DNA from: a virus
Taxonomy: Duplodnaviria; Caudoviricetes
Length of the DNA: 64,000 bases
Reading direction: 5' to 3' (one strand)
IMG/VR virus record: IMGVR_UViG_2922690425_000004
Span: 32,001 to 96,000 of that record
The position numbers and the translations under genes were made by a program. The notes beneath the pieces were generated by a model. That model made no database searches. It saw only the letters and a list, made by a program, of their open reading frames with translations, and was not told the DNA's origin. Positions 1 through 9,842 of this stretch are shown piece by piece; the first letter of the stretch is position 1; the number at the start of each line of letters is the position of its first letter.

Positions 1-946
1 TGGAGATATCATTGTGATGTGCAACGAACTTCGAAACTATTTTAATATCCTTACCACTTTCTAAAAGATAGGTGATACATGAATTTTTAAAAATATGTAC
101 GTTAACTCTACGCTCTAAAATATCAGAGAGAGTGTTTGAACAAAAATCATCTGCCCAAGCAGGAGACATAGCCTTTATCTCATTACCGTATTTAGTGGTA
201 AAGATATATTCACTTTCATAGCCACGAAAATCTACCCATTTTTTCAAATGAGGAACAACGTCTAAGGGGATCATATATTGAATCGGCTTCCCATCTATCG
301 ATTTGCCTTTTCCTCTTACGTTATGAGTCATAATATAATTCTTGTCTTGTTGAACTTCATAATCCAATATTTCAGTCTTGAACTGAATAATTTCCGAACG
401 TCTCGCACCAACTCGAAAAGCTGTGGCTAACCAAGCCATACCTAGCCAATTTTCATCTTCTTCTAAAACGCTCATCATCATATCGTACTCATCTTTTGTG
501 ACTTTTACTTTTTCATAAACACGATTTTTTGAAATTGGAGGGAGACCACGTGTAAAATTTCTAAAGTTTTTGTAGTTTTCATCTTCTTCTGCAATAATAT
601 TTTCGATGTGATTACAGAAACTTGAGATAACAGACTTCCTAAAGCTGATTGCGGATGAGGACATTTTCCTATTGTCTCGTATAAAACTCAGATAACGAAG
701 AAAGTCTCTCTTTGTAATTTTGTAGAATGGTTTGTTGTTCATTGAAGCAACCATGTACCAACCAAACTGTCTAATTACACTTGTGTACTGCTTGCGAGAT
801 TGAGGGGAGAGGTCTTGTACAGAAACAAACTCTTCAGCATTAAATCTATAGTCTTCATTGACTTGCTGCCACATTTCGTCTGTTACTTCTGGTTGTTTTT
901 TCGCAGGTTCGCGTAATGTATTCTTTTTAATTTCTTTCCTTGCCAT
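1..946 (-). CDS. yomM: Tyrosine recombinase-fold protein, SPbeta YomM-like; runs off the window start
   Basis: Hand translation (not in ORF track): MARKEIKKNTLREPAKKQPEVTDEMWQQV...RRVNVHIFKNSCITYLLESGKDIKIVSKFVAHHNDIS. Has H-x-x-K in place of H-x-x-R and lies in the tail module like yomM. Confidence 0.8.
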   Translation of the reverse strand, partial: MARKEIKKNTLREPAKKQPEVTDEMWQQVNEDYRFNAEEFVSVQDLSPQSRKQYTSVIRQFGWYMVASMNNKPFYKITKRDFLRYLSFIRDNRKMSSSAISFRKSVISSFCNHIENIIAEEDENYKNFRNFTRGLPPISKNRVYEKVKVTKDEYDMMMSVLEEDENWLGMAWLATAFRVGARRSEIIQFKTEILDYEVQQDKNYIMTHNVRGKGKSIDGKPIQYMIPLDVVPHLKKWVDFRGYESEYIFTTKYGNEIKAMSPAWADDFCSNTLSDILERRVNVHIFKNSCITYLLESGKDIKIVSKFVAHHNDIS

Positions 947-1082
947 TCACATCATTCCTTACGTATGTTTATAAGGACACTTTTGAATAGATGCCCAATC
1001 CTAATTCCCGTTTGGCTTGTTTTTCTCATAGCCACCAATATATTCATTAAAAACACTCCCTAAGTTTTAATAAATAGCTTTT

Positions 1083-1517
1083 TTACTTAACTTCCACATC
1101 AAGTCCTTGACGTGATAATCCCCTATGAAGTGCCGCAACATGAGCATTAGTATCATGCAGCTTCTCGACAGTCTTCTCAACGAATGGGCGAGGACGACCA
1201 GAATAAGCGAATTCGAAATCGTAACCCTGACCAGTTTCTACGACTAAACCAACATTCTTACTTCCATCCATACGATGACTTTCAATGGATACAATATCCT
1301 GTCCAATCATATCAACAATCATATTGCGCTCATCTGTTAGCCCCCCTTGATCACGCTGTCTTTCGTAGACTGTGGGAGTATATACATCATAAACATTTTC
1401 CTGTATTGATTGTTCCATATTAACTTTTACTGTATTAGCGACATCAACTTGCAAAGTTGAGGCGATTTTTTGCTTCAACAATCTTTCCAATTCAGCAAAA
1501 CTATTCGCTATTGGCAC
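1083..1517 (-). CDS. Phage tail-associated protein (YomN-like, HK97 gp10-like)
   Basis: VYDVYTPTVYER and C-terminal RPRPF motifs; position in tail module. Confidence 0.6.
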   Translation of the reverse strand: MPIANSFAELERLLKQKIASTLQVDVANTVKVNMEQSIQENVYDVYTPTVYERQRDQGGLTDERNMIVDMIGQDIVSIESHRMDGSKNVGLVVETGQGYDFEFAYSGRPRPFVEKTVEKLHDTNAHVAALHRGLSRQGLDVEVK

Positions 1518-1980
1518 TAGAGTTAGCTCCGTTACTATTCATTTCTTCATTTGCTTTTCTTTCAATCTCAGCAAAATTATCTGCTATTTCCTTAAAACGC
1601 TTCTCTAATTTTTTGACCTCAATCTCAGGCAATTTATTTGCTACTTCTACGAAAATGTTTGTGTTCAATAAATTCTCATATACCTTAATCAAAGTCTGAA
1701 AGTCATTCTTGTTGGGAATGGGGAGGTCTGTAAATTCGCGTAGCATCAAAGTAGATCCAATTTGTGACGCAATTTGGCTGAAAGTTAATTCAGTAAGTTG
1801 TGATTTTTCAATCCCTTGTACAACTTCTATTAGTCCTGTAAAGATGTTGTTAATTGAACTTTCCTTAAAGTTTTGCTTGATGGCTACTTCAAATTGACCA
1901 TTCAGAATGGGATATGTTTGCGTCTGTTCTAGTTCTTTGCTGAGTTTATTCAATTCTGAAACTGTTAATTTTTTAGTCAA
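1501..1980 (-). CDS. Putative tail assembly chaperone (YomO-like)
   Basis: 159 aa, MTKKLTV start; position in tail module. Confidence 0.45.
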   Translation of the reverse strand: MTKKLTVSELNKLSKELEQTQTYPILNGQFEVAIKQNFKESSINNIFTGLIEVVQGIEKSQLTELTFSQIASQIGSTLMLREFTDLPIPNKNDFQTLIKVYENLLNTNIFVEVANKLPEIEVKKLEKRFKEIADNFAEIERKANEEMNSNGANSSANSE

Positions 1981-1995
1981 TAATCACACTCTCCT

Positions 1996-3090
1996 TTAAT
2001 GTGGAAATGTTTCATCCAGTACTTTAGACCATTTTTCTTCCCATCTTTTACTATCAAACGCCATTGAAACTTCTCGTGCATTCTTACCAAATGTTTCAGC
2101 TTTATCTCTATTGTGATATAAATATTCAATTGAATTACATAGATTATCTACAGTAGGCTTAATCAGTAGTCCATTGTATCCATCAATAATTAGATCACTT
2201 AATCCACCTACGCAACTAGCTATAACTGGTTTTCCAAATGCCTGTGCTTCAATGCAGCTCAAACTTGTACCTTCTGCACCGAGAGTGGGGATTAAAACTA
2301 TATCTGCTTGTTCGTAAGCACGATACATTTTATTCATATCAAAATGTTCCCATCGAACTCGATCTTGAGTATTTACCCATCGCTTAAATTGTTGTTCGCC
2401 TTCAATTGTTCCTCTACCTACAAAATAAAATTCCATATCTTCGTACTTGGGGAGAAGTTTCTTAGATGCTTCAGCCGCCAACAAATATCCTCTTAATTCA
2501 TGAAGTCTACGAGGAATAAGCACTGTGAACTTACCTTTTCCTTTTTTCTCTCTAGGTTTAAAGGTGTCGGTATTAACATAGTTCGGTATGTATTCAAATT
2601 TATCATATAGTTTTGGATATAAAGCTTTAGTCCAACCAATAGTGTTTGTATCTACAGAAACAATTTTTCCTACACGGCGGTAGCAGTCTCTAATGTATTC
2701 GTTGTATCCTTTAGCGTGATACCAGCTTTGAATTTCATTATCCCACCAAATACCATGTGAAATAGCAATAGAGTTCTTACGTGCTTCGGGAAAAGCCAGA
2801 GTGGCTACAAAATAGATAGTATAATCATAATTTTCCGTCCGTTTATGAAACTCAATTGTTAGATCTGGAAAAGATTCTTTGTCACCAATGGGGCAGGGGA
2901 TACCAGTTATTTTTACATCCTTGAAGTTCTTTACCCAAGGTGTAGTAGATGCTTGAAAAACGTCTACAATATAATTCTTTTTTCTTAATAGACGTACTAG
3001 ATCAATTAAATACCTTTCGCCGCCACCCATTTGAGTATATGTTCCAGTTAAATCAAAGAATTGCGTTGTTAAAAGTGCTACCTTTTTCAT
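1996..3090 (-). CDS. Glycosyltransferase family 4 (GT-B)
   Basis: GGGERY N-terminal motif, HG, IPNYV, EGTSLSCIEAQAFGKPVIAS donor-binding motif. Start re-placed at MKKVALL (ATG 3090). Confidence 0.9.
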   Translation of the reverse strand: MKKVALLTTQFFDLTGTYTQMGGGERYLIDLVRLLRKKNYIVDVFQASTTPWVKNFKDVKITGIPCPIGDKESFPDLTIEFHKRTENYDYTIYFVATLAFPEARKNSIAISHGIWWDNEIQSWYHAKGYNEYIRDCYRRVGKIVSVDTNTIGWTKALYPKLYDKFEYIPNYVNTDTFKPREKKGKGKFTVLIPRRLHELRGYLLAAEASKKLLPKYEDMEFYFVGRGTIEGEQQFKRWVNTQDRVRWEHFDMNKMYRAYEQADIVLIPTLGAEGTSLSCIEAQAFGKPVIASCVGGLSDLIIDGYNGLLIKPTVDNLCNSIEYLYHNRDKAETFGKNAREVSMAFDSKRWEEKWSKVLDETFPH

Positions 3091-4087
3091 CCTTTTCTCC
3101 TTTGAAAAATTCCTTAATAGCGCTGTTAATGATTTCAAATCTATCATCCCATGAATTGTTTTTAGCCATTTTTTTAGCTTTATTTTTGTATTCGATACAC
3201 TTAGATACTTTAATTGCTTTATGAATATTTTTTATGAATTCTTTATGGTTTCTGCTTACAAATACAACATCTTCATAATCATCCATTTCAGGAATATCGG
3301 TTGCTACCACTGGAGTACCATGAGCAAGTGACTCATAAACTTTTAAAGGATTGCTGAAGTCACTGATTTGACAGCGTTGGAAGGGGAGAAGGGTAACATC
3401 AGCGTGACGATAATAGGCTTGAAGTTCTAGGTATCCCTTTGAACCCAAATAATGAACCCCTTTAGGCATTTCTTTAATACCCCAAGGAAGTCCAACAACA
3501 AAAACTTGATATTTCTTCGCAACTTTCTCCAAAAGTAATAGATCGCACCAATTGGACGTGAGCGCGCCTGAAAACAATACAATAGGCTTATTCTTTTTAG
3601 TGTATGGAATCAAGTCTTCAGGAATAGGAAAGTCGAGATCTCCTAATTTTTTAAAACAGGCATTTCGAACCAAGTGTACATTTTTATGTTGTTTACTTCT
3701 TAGTTCTAGCAGAGGTTTGGAGGCAGCCAATAAAATATCTGCCTTACTTACCATGTTGTCTTCCTCATGTTCATTTTCTGGGAAATTGTCCAGTGAATCA
3801 TAAACAACCAAGTCGGCTTTAATACTTTCTAAATCTGTATGTCGCATAGCCCAAGATGAAAAGTAAATATCAACTTTAGGGTGTCTTTTTAAAAAAACTT
3901 CCCAATTATGATACACCTCAAGTGTGTCAGAGATGCGATCACGCACTTTATCGGTTCGTTGAGTGTAGTTAACCCAATAGACCATATACCCATTCTCAGA
4001 GAAATACTTCATTAAATGGTGTGGTCGTTGCTGCAATGGCTGGTCGTAATCAATTGTATTAGCATAAACAATCGTTTTTTGTTTCAT
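3053..4087 (-). CDS. GT-B glycosyltransferase (TuaH-like)
   Basis: QQRPHHL, VVYDSLD, SNPLKVYESLAHGTPVVATD, NSWDDR motifs. Confidence 0.85.
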   Translation of the reverse strand: MKQKTIVYANTIDYDQPLQQRPHHLMKYFSENGYMVYWVNYTQRTDKVRDRISDTLEVYHNWEVFLKRHPKVDIYFSSWAMRHTDLESIKADLVVYDSLDNFPENEHEEDNMVSKADILLAASKPLLELRSKQHKNVHLVRNACFKKLGDLDFPIPEDLIPYTKKNKPIVLFSGALTSNWCDLLLLEKVAKKYQVFVVGLPWGIKEMPKGVHYLGSKGYLELQAYYRHADVTLLPFQRCQISDFSNPLKVYESLAHGTPVVATDIPEMDDYEDVVFVSRNHKEFIKNIHKAIKVSKCIEYKNKAKKMAKNNSWDDRFEIINSAIKEFFKGEKDEKGSTFNNAIL

Positions 4088-4097
4088 TTATTTCTCC

Positions 4098-4844
4098 CTA
4101 AGATATTTTTTCTAAACATTCTGGACTCATAATATGGTGCGAGAATGTACCTAAATCACAAAAAAGCTCAAAACCTTTCTCTTGAGCCATTTTACAGAAG
4201 TATGCGTCTTCTCCTTGCGGGTGAAACCCATATTTTATAGATTTAAATACTTTACGGCTTAACATTATAACTGCCCCTGTAAGATCAACTCTTATAAGAG
4301 ATGAAGAGTGGAGAGAGGGTGCATTTTTTACTTGATTGGTTACAACATGTTCATAATAACCCTTACTATTGATCTTCATGATGTTGGGGAACAGATATGG
4401 CTTCTCAGGGCGAACAATGTGCCCATTCCAAATCAATCCTGATATGATATCCTTGTCCGATTTGAGTAGATTATTAATGATATCAGGTTGCACGAGGATA
4501 TCTGTGTCTATAAACATCAGATAATCAGTTTTGGTTTTTGACATGATATAATTCCGTAATTTACTCAAATGAGTATATATGAAGTTGTTTCTAATGTTTA
4601 AGTCTCTTTTATCTACAGGAGCATTTCGATTGTATACCTCAACTCTAATATTTTTATATATGTGCCTGTATTGCTTTTTAAAGTTGTACAATAAATTTAA
4701 AGAATTATCAGTTGAATCATTGATTACAAATATGAATTCAATTAAGTTAGTAGGATAATTCAATTCCAATAAGCTTTTTAGATATTTATCTAAAATCCAC
4801 TCCCGGTTACGAACAGGCGTTGCAATTGTAACAGTTTGGTTCAT
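4098..4844 (-). CDS. Glycosyltransferase family 2 (GT-A)
   Basis: IATPVRN, NDSTD, FIDTDI (DxD) and GEDAYF motifs. Confidence 0.85.
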   Translation of the reverse strand: MNQTVTIATPVRNREWILDKYLKSLLELNYPTNLIEFIFVINDSTDNSLNLLYNFKKQYRHIYKNIRVEVYNRNAPVDKRDLNIRNNFIYTHLSKLRNYIMSKTKTDYLMFIDTDILVQPDIINNLLKSDKDIISGLIWNGHIVRPEKPYLFPNIMKINSKGYYEHVVTNQVKNAPSLHSSSLIRVDLTGAVIMLSRKVFKSIKYGFHPQGEDAYFCKMAQEKGFELFCDLGTFSHHIMSPECLEKIS

Positions 4845-4859
4845 ATAATCTCCCTTGTA

Positions 4860-4891
4860 AAAACAAAGAGCCGAAGGGCAACCTACGGCTC
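4860..4891 (-). terminator. Intrinsic terminator after the major tail gene
   Basis: Minus strand GAGCCGTAGG-TTG-CCCTTCGGCTC followed by TTTGTTTTT. Confidence 0.65.
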
Positions 4892-4904
4892 ATAAGTTCT
4901 TTAC

Positions 4905-5681
4905 TTATTTTTCATAAATAATTTCTTCTTTCATTACTTCAACCCCATTCACGGTTACAGGGAACAAATCAAACGTCAAACTGAGAGAACTTGGATCTCC
5001 AGAAGGGGAATAGTTGACCGCGTAGTTTGGCTGAAGTTTAGCCTTGCGGAAAATTTGTTGAGAGCCGACCATCTTACCAGCTTTCTCATCAGCATACAAA
5101 GTGTCTCCAGCAATAAATACGTATCCCGGAAATCCTTTGGTTGTATATGAGAGTTTTGCTGCATTTGGAGTATTGTATTGATAGTAAACCTCAACATCAC
5201 TGCCAACTTCGATAGTTGCAGTAGTGTCTAATGTTACTACATTATCAGTAATGTCTTTAATGGGTTGTGCGTCAGCCATAATCCCGTTTATGTATGCAAA
5301 CACCTTAACATTAGTTTTATCACCAATTGGTGTTTTGTCTAATGTGATCTGTTTTGCTCCAGAAGTACCCTTCATAACAGTCAGAATTTGAGACTTATAA
5401 AGATCTTGTGCGCCCTTTTCAATAGGTTCTCCAGCCAGCATAGCAAGATGTTGCAAAGTGAAGATTTGAGTCTCTACTTTAAGTGTAGAGTCCTTTTCAC
5501 CCGACCAAGCAATACGCTTTGGATTCCCATCGCCACCTCTTGCAAACACTGTCTCTGATGTCCATTCGTTACTGGTAGTCGTAGCGTAATCAAAAGTCAT
5601 AAGAGGTGTACTTGTTACAAAATCGAAAATTTGAAGATTGAGATTGTTTCTAGAGCCGTATCGTCCTAGTTGTATTGCCAT
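4905..5681 (-). CDS. Major tail (tube) protein, YomU-like
   Basis: ARGGDGNPKRIAW and SGDPSSLSLTFD motifs; followed by a terminator; position. Confidence 0.7.
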   Translation of the reverse strand: MAIQLGRYGSRNNLNLQIFDFVTSTPLMTFDYATTTSNEWTSETVFARGGDGNPKRIAWSGEKDSTLKVETQIFTLQHLAMLAGEPIEKGAQDLYKSQILTVMKGTSGAKQITLDKTPIGDKTNVKVFAYINGIMADAQPIKDITDNVVTLDTTATIEVGSDVEVYYQYNTPNAAKLSYTTKGFPGYVFIAGDTLYADEKAGKMVGSQQIFRKAKLQPNYAVNYSPSGDPSSLSLTFDLFPVTVNGVEVMKEEIIYEK

Positions 5682-5706
5682 AAAGGATAGTTCCTCCTAA
5701 TTTATA

Positions 5707-6432
5707 CTATAATTTTGTTTTCTCCATCCACTCAGGGATAGAGTTGTCTTCAGGTAAGGTTTTTTCATTAGACCATACTGGTAAGAGTCTATTGTAATTT
5801 TCTTTCTTGTTCACTCTTTCAAAATGCTCATAAACTTGATACACCGTAAGTGAGCCAACATTAAATATATTGATCCCATTTCCTTCGAAATTGCAGAGGA
5901 TAGATAAAATATCTTTGAATTCTAGCTGATTTTCCGTGTTATTGTTGTTTATTTGCGACTCATACATTTGCATTCTTCTATAAAACTCTTCTGCTGTACT
6001 ATTTGCTGCCTCTATTTTTTCTTGAGAGTCAGATGATACATTTAGTTCTTTTATAACTAAATCAAATTCTCTAAAATTGCTTTTGTTTATAAAATCTTTT
6101 CCATCCAACAAAAAACAGGATGTTTCAATATTGAAACTAACATGACCTTTAACGAAAAAGGAGAAGGCCTTACATATTTCATTTCTAATAGACGGAACTT
6201 CGATTAGCACATCATAGTCAGACTCATTCTTTATTTTTGAAAAACTGTCTTTGTCCAATCCAAATAACCCTACTAAAATTTTCTCTTTATCAAACCCCAC
6301 TAAAGCTAGATTAACTAAATAATTTAAATATCCAATTTCACCGATCTCATTAACTGTAGGAGAGAACACGGATATTCCCTCTTTTGTTGTATAAGGTAAA
6401 CCAAGAAATGCTTGTAGGCGATCGATAATCAA
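5707..6432 (-). CDS. Phage structural-module protein (YomV-like)
   Basis: PTVNEIGEIG and LTVYQVY motifs; gene order. Confidence 0.5.
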   Translation of the reverse strand: MIIDRLQAFLGLPYTTKEGISVFSPTVNEIGEIGYLNYLVNLALVGFDKEKILVGLFGLDKDSFSKIKNESDYDVLIEVPSIRNEICKAFSFFVKGHVSFNIETSCFLLDGKDFINKSNFREFDLVIKELNVSSDSQEKIEAANSTAEEFYRRMQMYESQINNNNTENQLEFKDILSILCNFEGNGINIFNVGSLTVYQVYEHFERVNKKENYNRLLPVWSNEKTLPEDNSIPEWMEKTKL

Positions 6433-6441
6433 ATAATCACC

Positions 6442-6915
6442 TCAATTAAAATCCCAAAGTTTGTACTGTATGTAATAACCTAAATAATTTTCATTCACAA
6501 ACATTTCGTCCATTCGATAAAATTGCAAATTACCAATGCCGAGATTTCTGTTCTCGTTAAACAGCTCGTCTATATAGGCTAAAATATGATCATATCTTAA
6601 TACCTCATACTCAGTAAGAATTAAATCCTTATGCACTAAAACTTGAAAATGCAGCAACCCCGACTTGAACTGAGAACCAACAGGTTTGTAATCTCTAAAA
6701 GAAAATGTCACATAAGAGGAAGCTTTATCAGCCAATTTGGGAACGTGATTAAAAGGAAAAATATTGTTATTGATCAACTCTGAGGTATCTTCGATATCGG
6801 GTTGATCTAAATAATTACTTTGTTCATACCAAACTGACTTGCAAAGTTTATGAGAACTCAATAAATGGTTCAGTACGATCATGCGATTTTTGCCTAACTC
6901 CTCAAATCGAGACAT
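6442..6915 (-). CDS. Putative tail terminator/completion protein (YomW-like)
   Basis: Size and position upstream of tail tube; RYDHILAYIDELFN. Confidence 0.5.
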   Translation of the reverse strand: MSRFEELGKNRMIVLNHLLSSHKLCKSVWYEQSNYLDQPDIEDTSELINNNIFPFNHVPKLADKASSYVTFSFRDYKPVGSQFKSGLLHFQVLVHKDLILTEYEVLRYDHILAYIDELFNENRNLGIGNLQFYRMDEMFVNENYLGYYIQYKLWDFN

Positions 6916-6916
6916 G

Positions 6917-7426
6917 TTAGTTCACAATAAAATCTCTGGTCAGTACATATTCCAGAAAACCACTAGTGTTCATATCCCTTGTGTCATCAAATGTAGCGAC
7001 GACCTTATCTACCTGATCTAGAGTAAGTGGAGTAGTTCGGTGAATTTCCTCGCCAAGACTATTACGAACTTTGACCTTGTAGTAATTACCGTTAGGTTGT
7101 AGATTGCCAAGTTCATATGTAAGGGCAATGCATTTTAGTGCTTCAAGTGCTGATCCTTTGTCGGCGTGTGTCTCTTTGGAAAATGCCAATTTAAGCTTAT
7201 TATCTGTAGCAATTGAATAAGCATATTTAAACTGTGGATTAATAGCCACGTCTAGGTCAGCATCAATGATTTCAATTGTGGGTGTAGCACTAATGATTAC
7301 AGAGTTATCAATCCCAGATGAGTGCTGCATTGAGTAGGGGAGGGGAGAAAAAATAAGCCAATTATTTGTAGCTCCTTGAATAAATTGCTCAAGCTTAAGT
7401 TCTCCAAAACGGATGATGGCTTGCAT
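6917..7426 (-). CDS. Hypothetical protein in virion module
   Basis: 169-aa ORF with AGGAG RBS, tightly packed in the operon. Confidence 0.5.
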   Translation of the reverse strand: MQAIIRFGELKLEQFIQGATNNWLIFSPLPYSMQHSSGIDNSVIISATPTIEIIDADLDVAINPQFKYAYSIATDNKLKLAFSKETHADKGSALEALKCIALTYELGNLQPNGNYYKVKVRNSLGEEIHRTTPLTLDQVDKVVATFDDTRDMNTSGFLEYVLTRDFIVN

Positions 7427-7437
7427 GGATACACTCC

Positions 7438-8634
7438 TTATAGTAATGATTTTATTTCTATTTCTTTTGTTGCATAAGCTAATCTGGTAGAGTTTTCGAC
7501 ATGCAAAATAACTCTGCCTTTCTTGTTGTTGGCTTTAATTTTACAGGCTTGTCCATCTTGTTCGATTATACTGGCTAAAGTGGTGGGTGCTAAACCATCA
7601 GACTCGGTTAACCAAAAACAAGCTTTGTCTTGTCGAGCAATCCCATTATCCTTAAATGAACAAGTATATGATTTGGTCATATTGTATTTAATGAATTCGT
7701 CGCCTGTAATGTGGGCAGTATAATTATTTGTAGTACAGGACGTAACATTAACTCGAATAGTTTGAGAAATATTTCTGAATGAAATGGTTATTTTACATGT
7801 TCCTTTTTTCAAAGGAGCCACTAGGCCAGTAGGAGAGACTGATAAGATACTTTCATCATCCACAGAATATGTAATTTGATCATCAACTTCTATTACCTTT
7901 GAATTATTGGTTAATTCAATATTCAACTGAAGAGTTTGATTTTCTTCTATAGCCACAATATCCTTAACATTCAAAACCTTTAGTTGGTAGTTAGCGATGT
8001 TACCATTGTAATCAGCAATCCCAAGCTCTAAATTATCGGCAGGGATTAAATCTTGCTCTTCTAGTGTCAAATTTATCAACCCGTCAATTAAACGATTAAT
8101 CCCCACAGTCTTCCAAGCGCGTCCATCAATAATAAACCGTCTATTTTTCTTTATTCTTTCGGTCTCATTGTTTTTTTGAACTGTTATTTGTCGTCTTTCA
8201 TTAGGCATCATCAGAATTCTTCCTTCTTGGATGCCAAAATTAGACGATGTATCCGATTTGAAAGAAAATGGAGTTTCTTGAATTTCTCCTTGATCGTCTA
8301 ACCACTTGAGAGCTGAATAACAAACTAAAATCACACCACGATGATATATTTCCATATCATCAACATGATTACATAGCCAAGTTTTATCTTTCCATGTAAC
8401 CAAATCACCCATTTTTAACGGATAATTCAATGCGGCAATATTCTTCTGTTCTCGTATATCTCCGTCATCAGTTATCCAAACTTCCTGGTTGATATCTCCG
8501 TTGATACTCACTTGATAATAGCTAGGAGAATGTGAAAAAGTTGAATTCATAACGTGCTTAGTCTGGACAATGTTTCTGTCTCTAGCAGTTGTTTTACAGT
8601 TAGAAAGATATGACTTGTACGCCTTGTAACTCAT
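7438..8634 (-). CDS. Head-tail connector protein with C-terminal Ig-like (Big_2) domain
   Basis: ITYSVDDESILSVSPTGLVAPLKKGTCKITIS matches the Big_2 pattern. Confidence 0.6.
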   Translation of the reverse strand: MSYKAYKSYLSNCKTTARDRNIVQTKHVMNSTFSHSPSYYQVSINGDINQEVWITDDGDIREQKNIAALNYPLKMGDLVTWKDKTWLCNHVDDMEIYHRGVILVCYSALKWLDDQGEIQETPFSFKSDTSSNFGIQEGRILMMPNERRQITVQKNNETERIKKNRRFIIDGRAWKTVGINRLIDGLINLTLEEQDLIPADNLELGIADYNGNIANYQLKVLNVKDIVAIEENQTLQLNIELTNNSKVIEVDDQITYSVDDESILSVSPTGLVAPLKKGTCKITISFRNISQTIRVNVTSCTTNNYTAHITGDEFIKYNMTKSYTCSFKDNGIARQDKACFWLTESDGLAPTTLASIIEQDGQACKIKANNKKGRVILHVENSTRLAYATKEIEIKSLL

Positions 8635-8635
8635 A

Positions 8636-9070
8636 CTAATTCACGCTCATATTTTTCAAATAGTATTGCATCATTAACGAATCAGCACGTTCAACAGCTT
8701 TATCACGTAATACAGCTTTTTCTTTAAAGTTCTGAGATTCGCTATACCTTTTCCAATCAGTTGAAGAAATCGCCAATCTCATGTCAAGAATATTGTTTAC
8801 CTCTTTTTCAAACCATTCACTAAGCATTAACTGTGACAGTATTTCTTGTTCTAACTCCGTTAAATCAGCAGTAAAGTTTCTGTTTTCCTCATCTCTGTCA
8901 GAGAGATCATTTTTACAGTAGCTGAACTTAACCAAGCCTGATTTAAGAAATCCCGTAAGATAATTTTCATAATCTTCAATCGAGTTTAGGAACATTTCAT
9001 CAATTGTATAGTCCTGAATTTTTCCTTGAAATCTCTCGAAGATTTTTGAATATGGGGTCATAAAAACCAA
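8636..9070 (-). CDS. Head-tail adaptor (YomZ-like)
   Basis: MTPYSKIFERF start, LTELEQEILS; downstream of capsid. Confidence 0.55.
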   Translation of the reverse strand: MVFMTPYSKIFERFQGKIQDYTIDEMFLNSIEDYENYLTGFLKSGLVKFSYCKNDLSDRDEENRNFTADLTELEQEILSQLMLSEWFEKEVNNILDMRLAISSTDWKRYSESQNFKEKAVLRDKAVERADSLMMQYYLKNMSVN

Positions 9071-9075
9071 TCCCC

Positions 9076-9774
9076 TTAAACGTTATTTTTAACTTTTGCT
9101 AACTCATACAAGTCCTGATTTACTAGCTTACCAATCGCATCAATTTTATATCTGTCCTGAAACTTTCTATCATTGCTTGCAATGCCTACTACAATTCGCT
9201 CAACTATGTTCTCACGTAGAGTAGGGGAAACAGAGTTTAAAGTATCTGTGATTTCGTTGATGTCCAAGGAGATAATATTCTCGATTGCTTCACGACTAAT
9301 AAAATTTTGATATACATCTTCTAGGTACAGAGCTTTTACTGCTTTCTCGCTTTGGATCAGAAATGCTCCTTCATGAGCAAACTTAGTATGGTTGTCTACA
9401 ATTGCTCGTACATCTTCGAAGGTAATCAGCTTCGATGTTCCAAAATCATTAAATCTAATAGTAGAATTAGTAGCCGTTAGATTCAGTCCACCATTAGTTA
9501 AAGAAATCACCCTGATGTATTCGCGGGGATCAATATCTAACTTATCTTCAACAGACTCAAACAGTGAATTTACCTTTCTGGTTTCTGTTTTAATCTCCTC
9601 ATGAGAGGTTTCGAGTTCTTTATTTTTCTCTAGCAAACCATTAACTAGGGCTGTGAGTTCAGCAACTTGATCTTCTAACGCTTTTTCTTTTACAGTTTTT
9701 TGAACAGGTTCGTTACTAGGAATATCTATTGTATCTGTATTATTAGCTGACTCCATTTTTCGTGTTGCCGCCAT
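9076..9774 (-). CDS. Virion-associated protein (YonA-like)
   Basis: Immediately downstream of capsid; coiled-coil N-terminus. Confidence 0.5.
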   Translation of the reverse strand: MAATRKMESANNTDTIDIPSNEPVQKTVKEKALEDQVAELTALVNGLLEKNKELETSHEEIKTETRKVNSLFESVEDKLDIDPREYIRVISLTNGGLNLTATNSTIRFNDFGTSKLITFEDVRAIVDNHTKFAHEGAFLIQSEKAVKALYLEDVYQNFISREAIENIISLDINEITDTLNSVSPTLRENIVERIVVGIASNDRKFQDRYKIDAIGKLVNQDLYELAKVKNNV

Positions 9775-9801
9775 TCTCTATGCCTCCCTATTATTTGAAT
9801 T

Positions 9802-9835
9802 GAAAGAAGGTCAGTAAGCTTAACACTTACCGACC
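9802..9835 (-). terminator. Terminator after the major capsid gene
   Basis: GGTCGGTAAG-TGTTAAG-CTTACTGACC followed by TTCTTTC on the minus strand. Confidence 0.55.
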
Positions 9836-9842
9836 AGTAATA

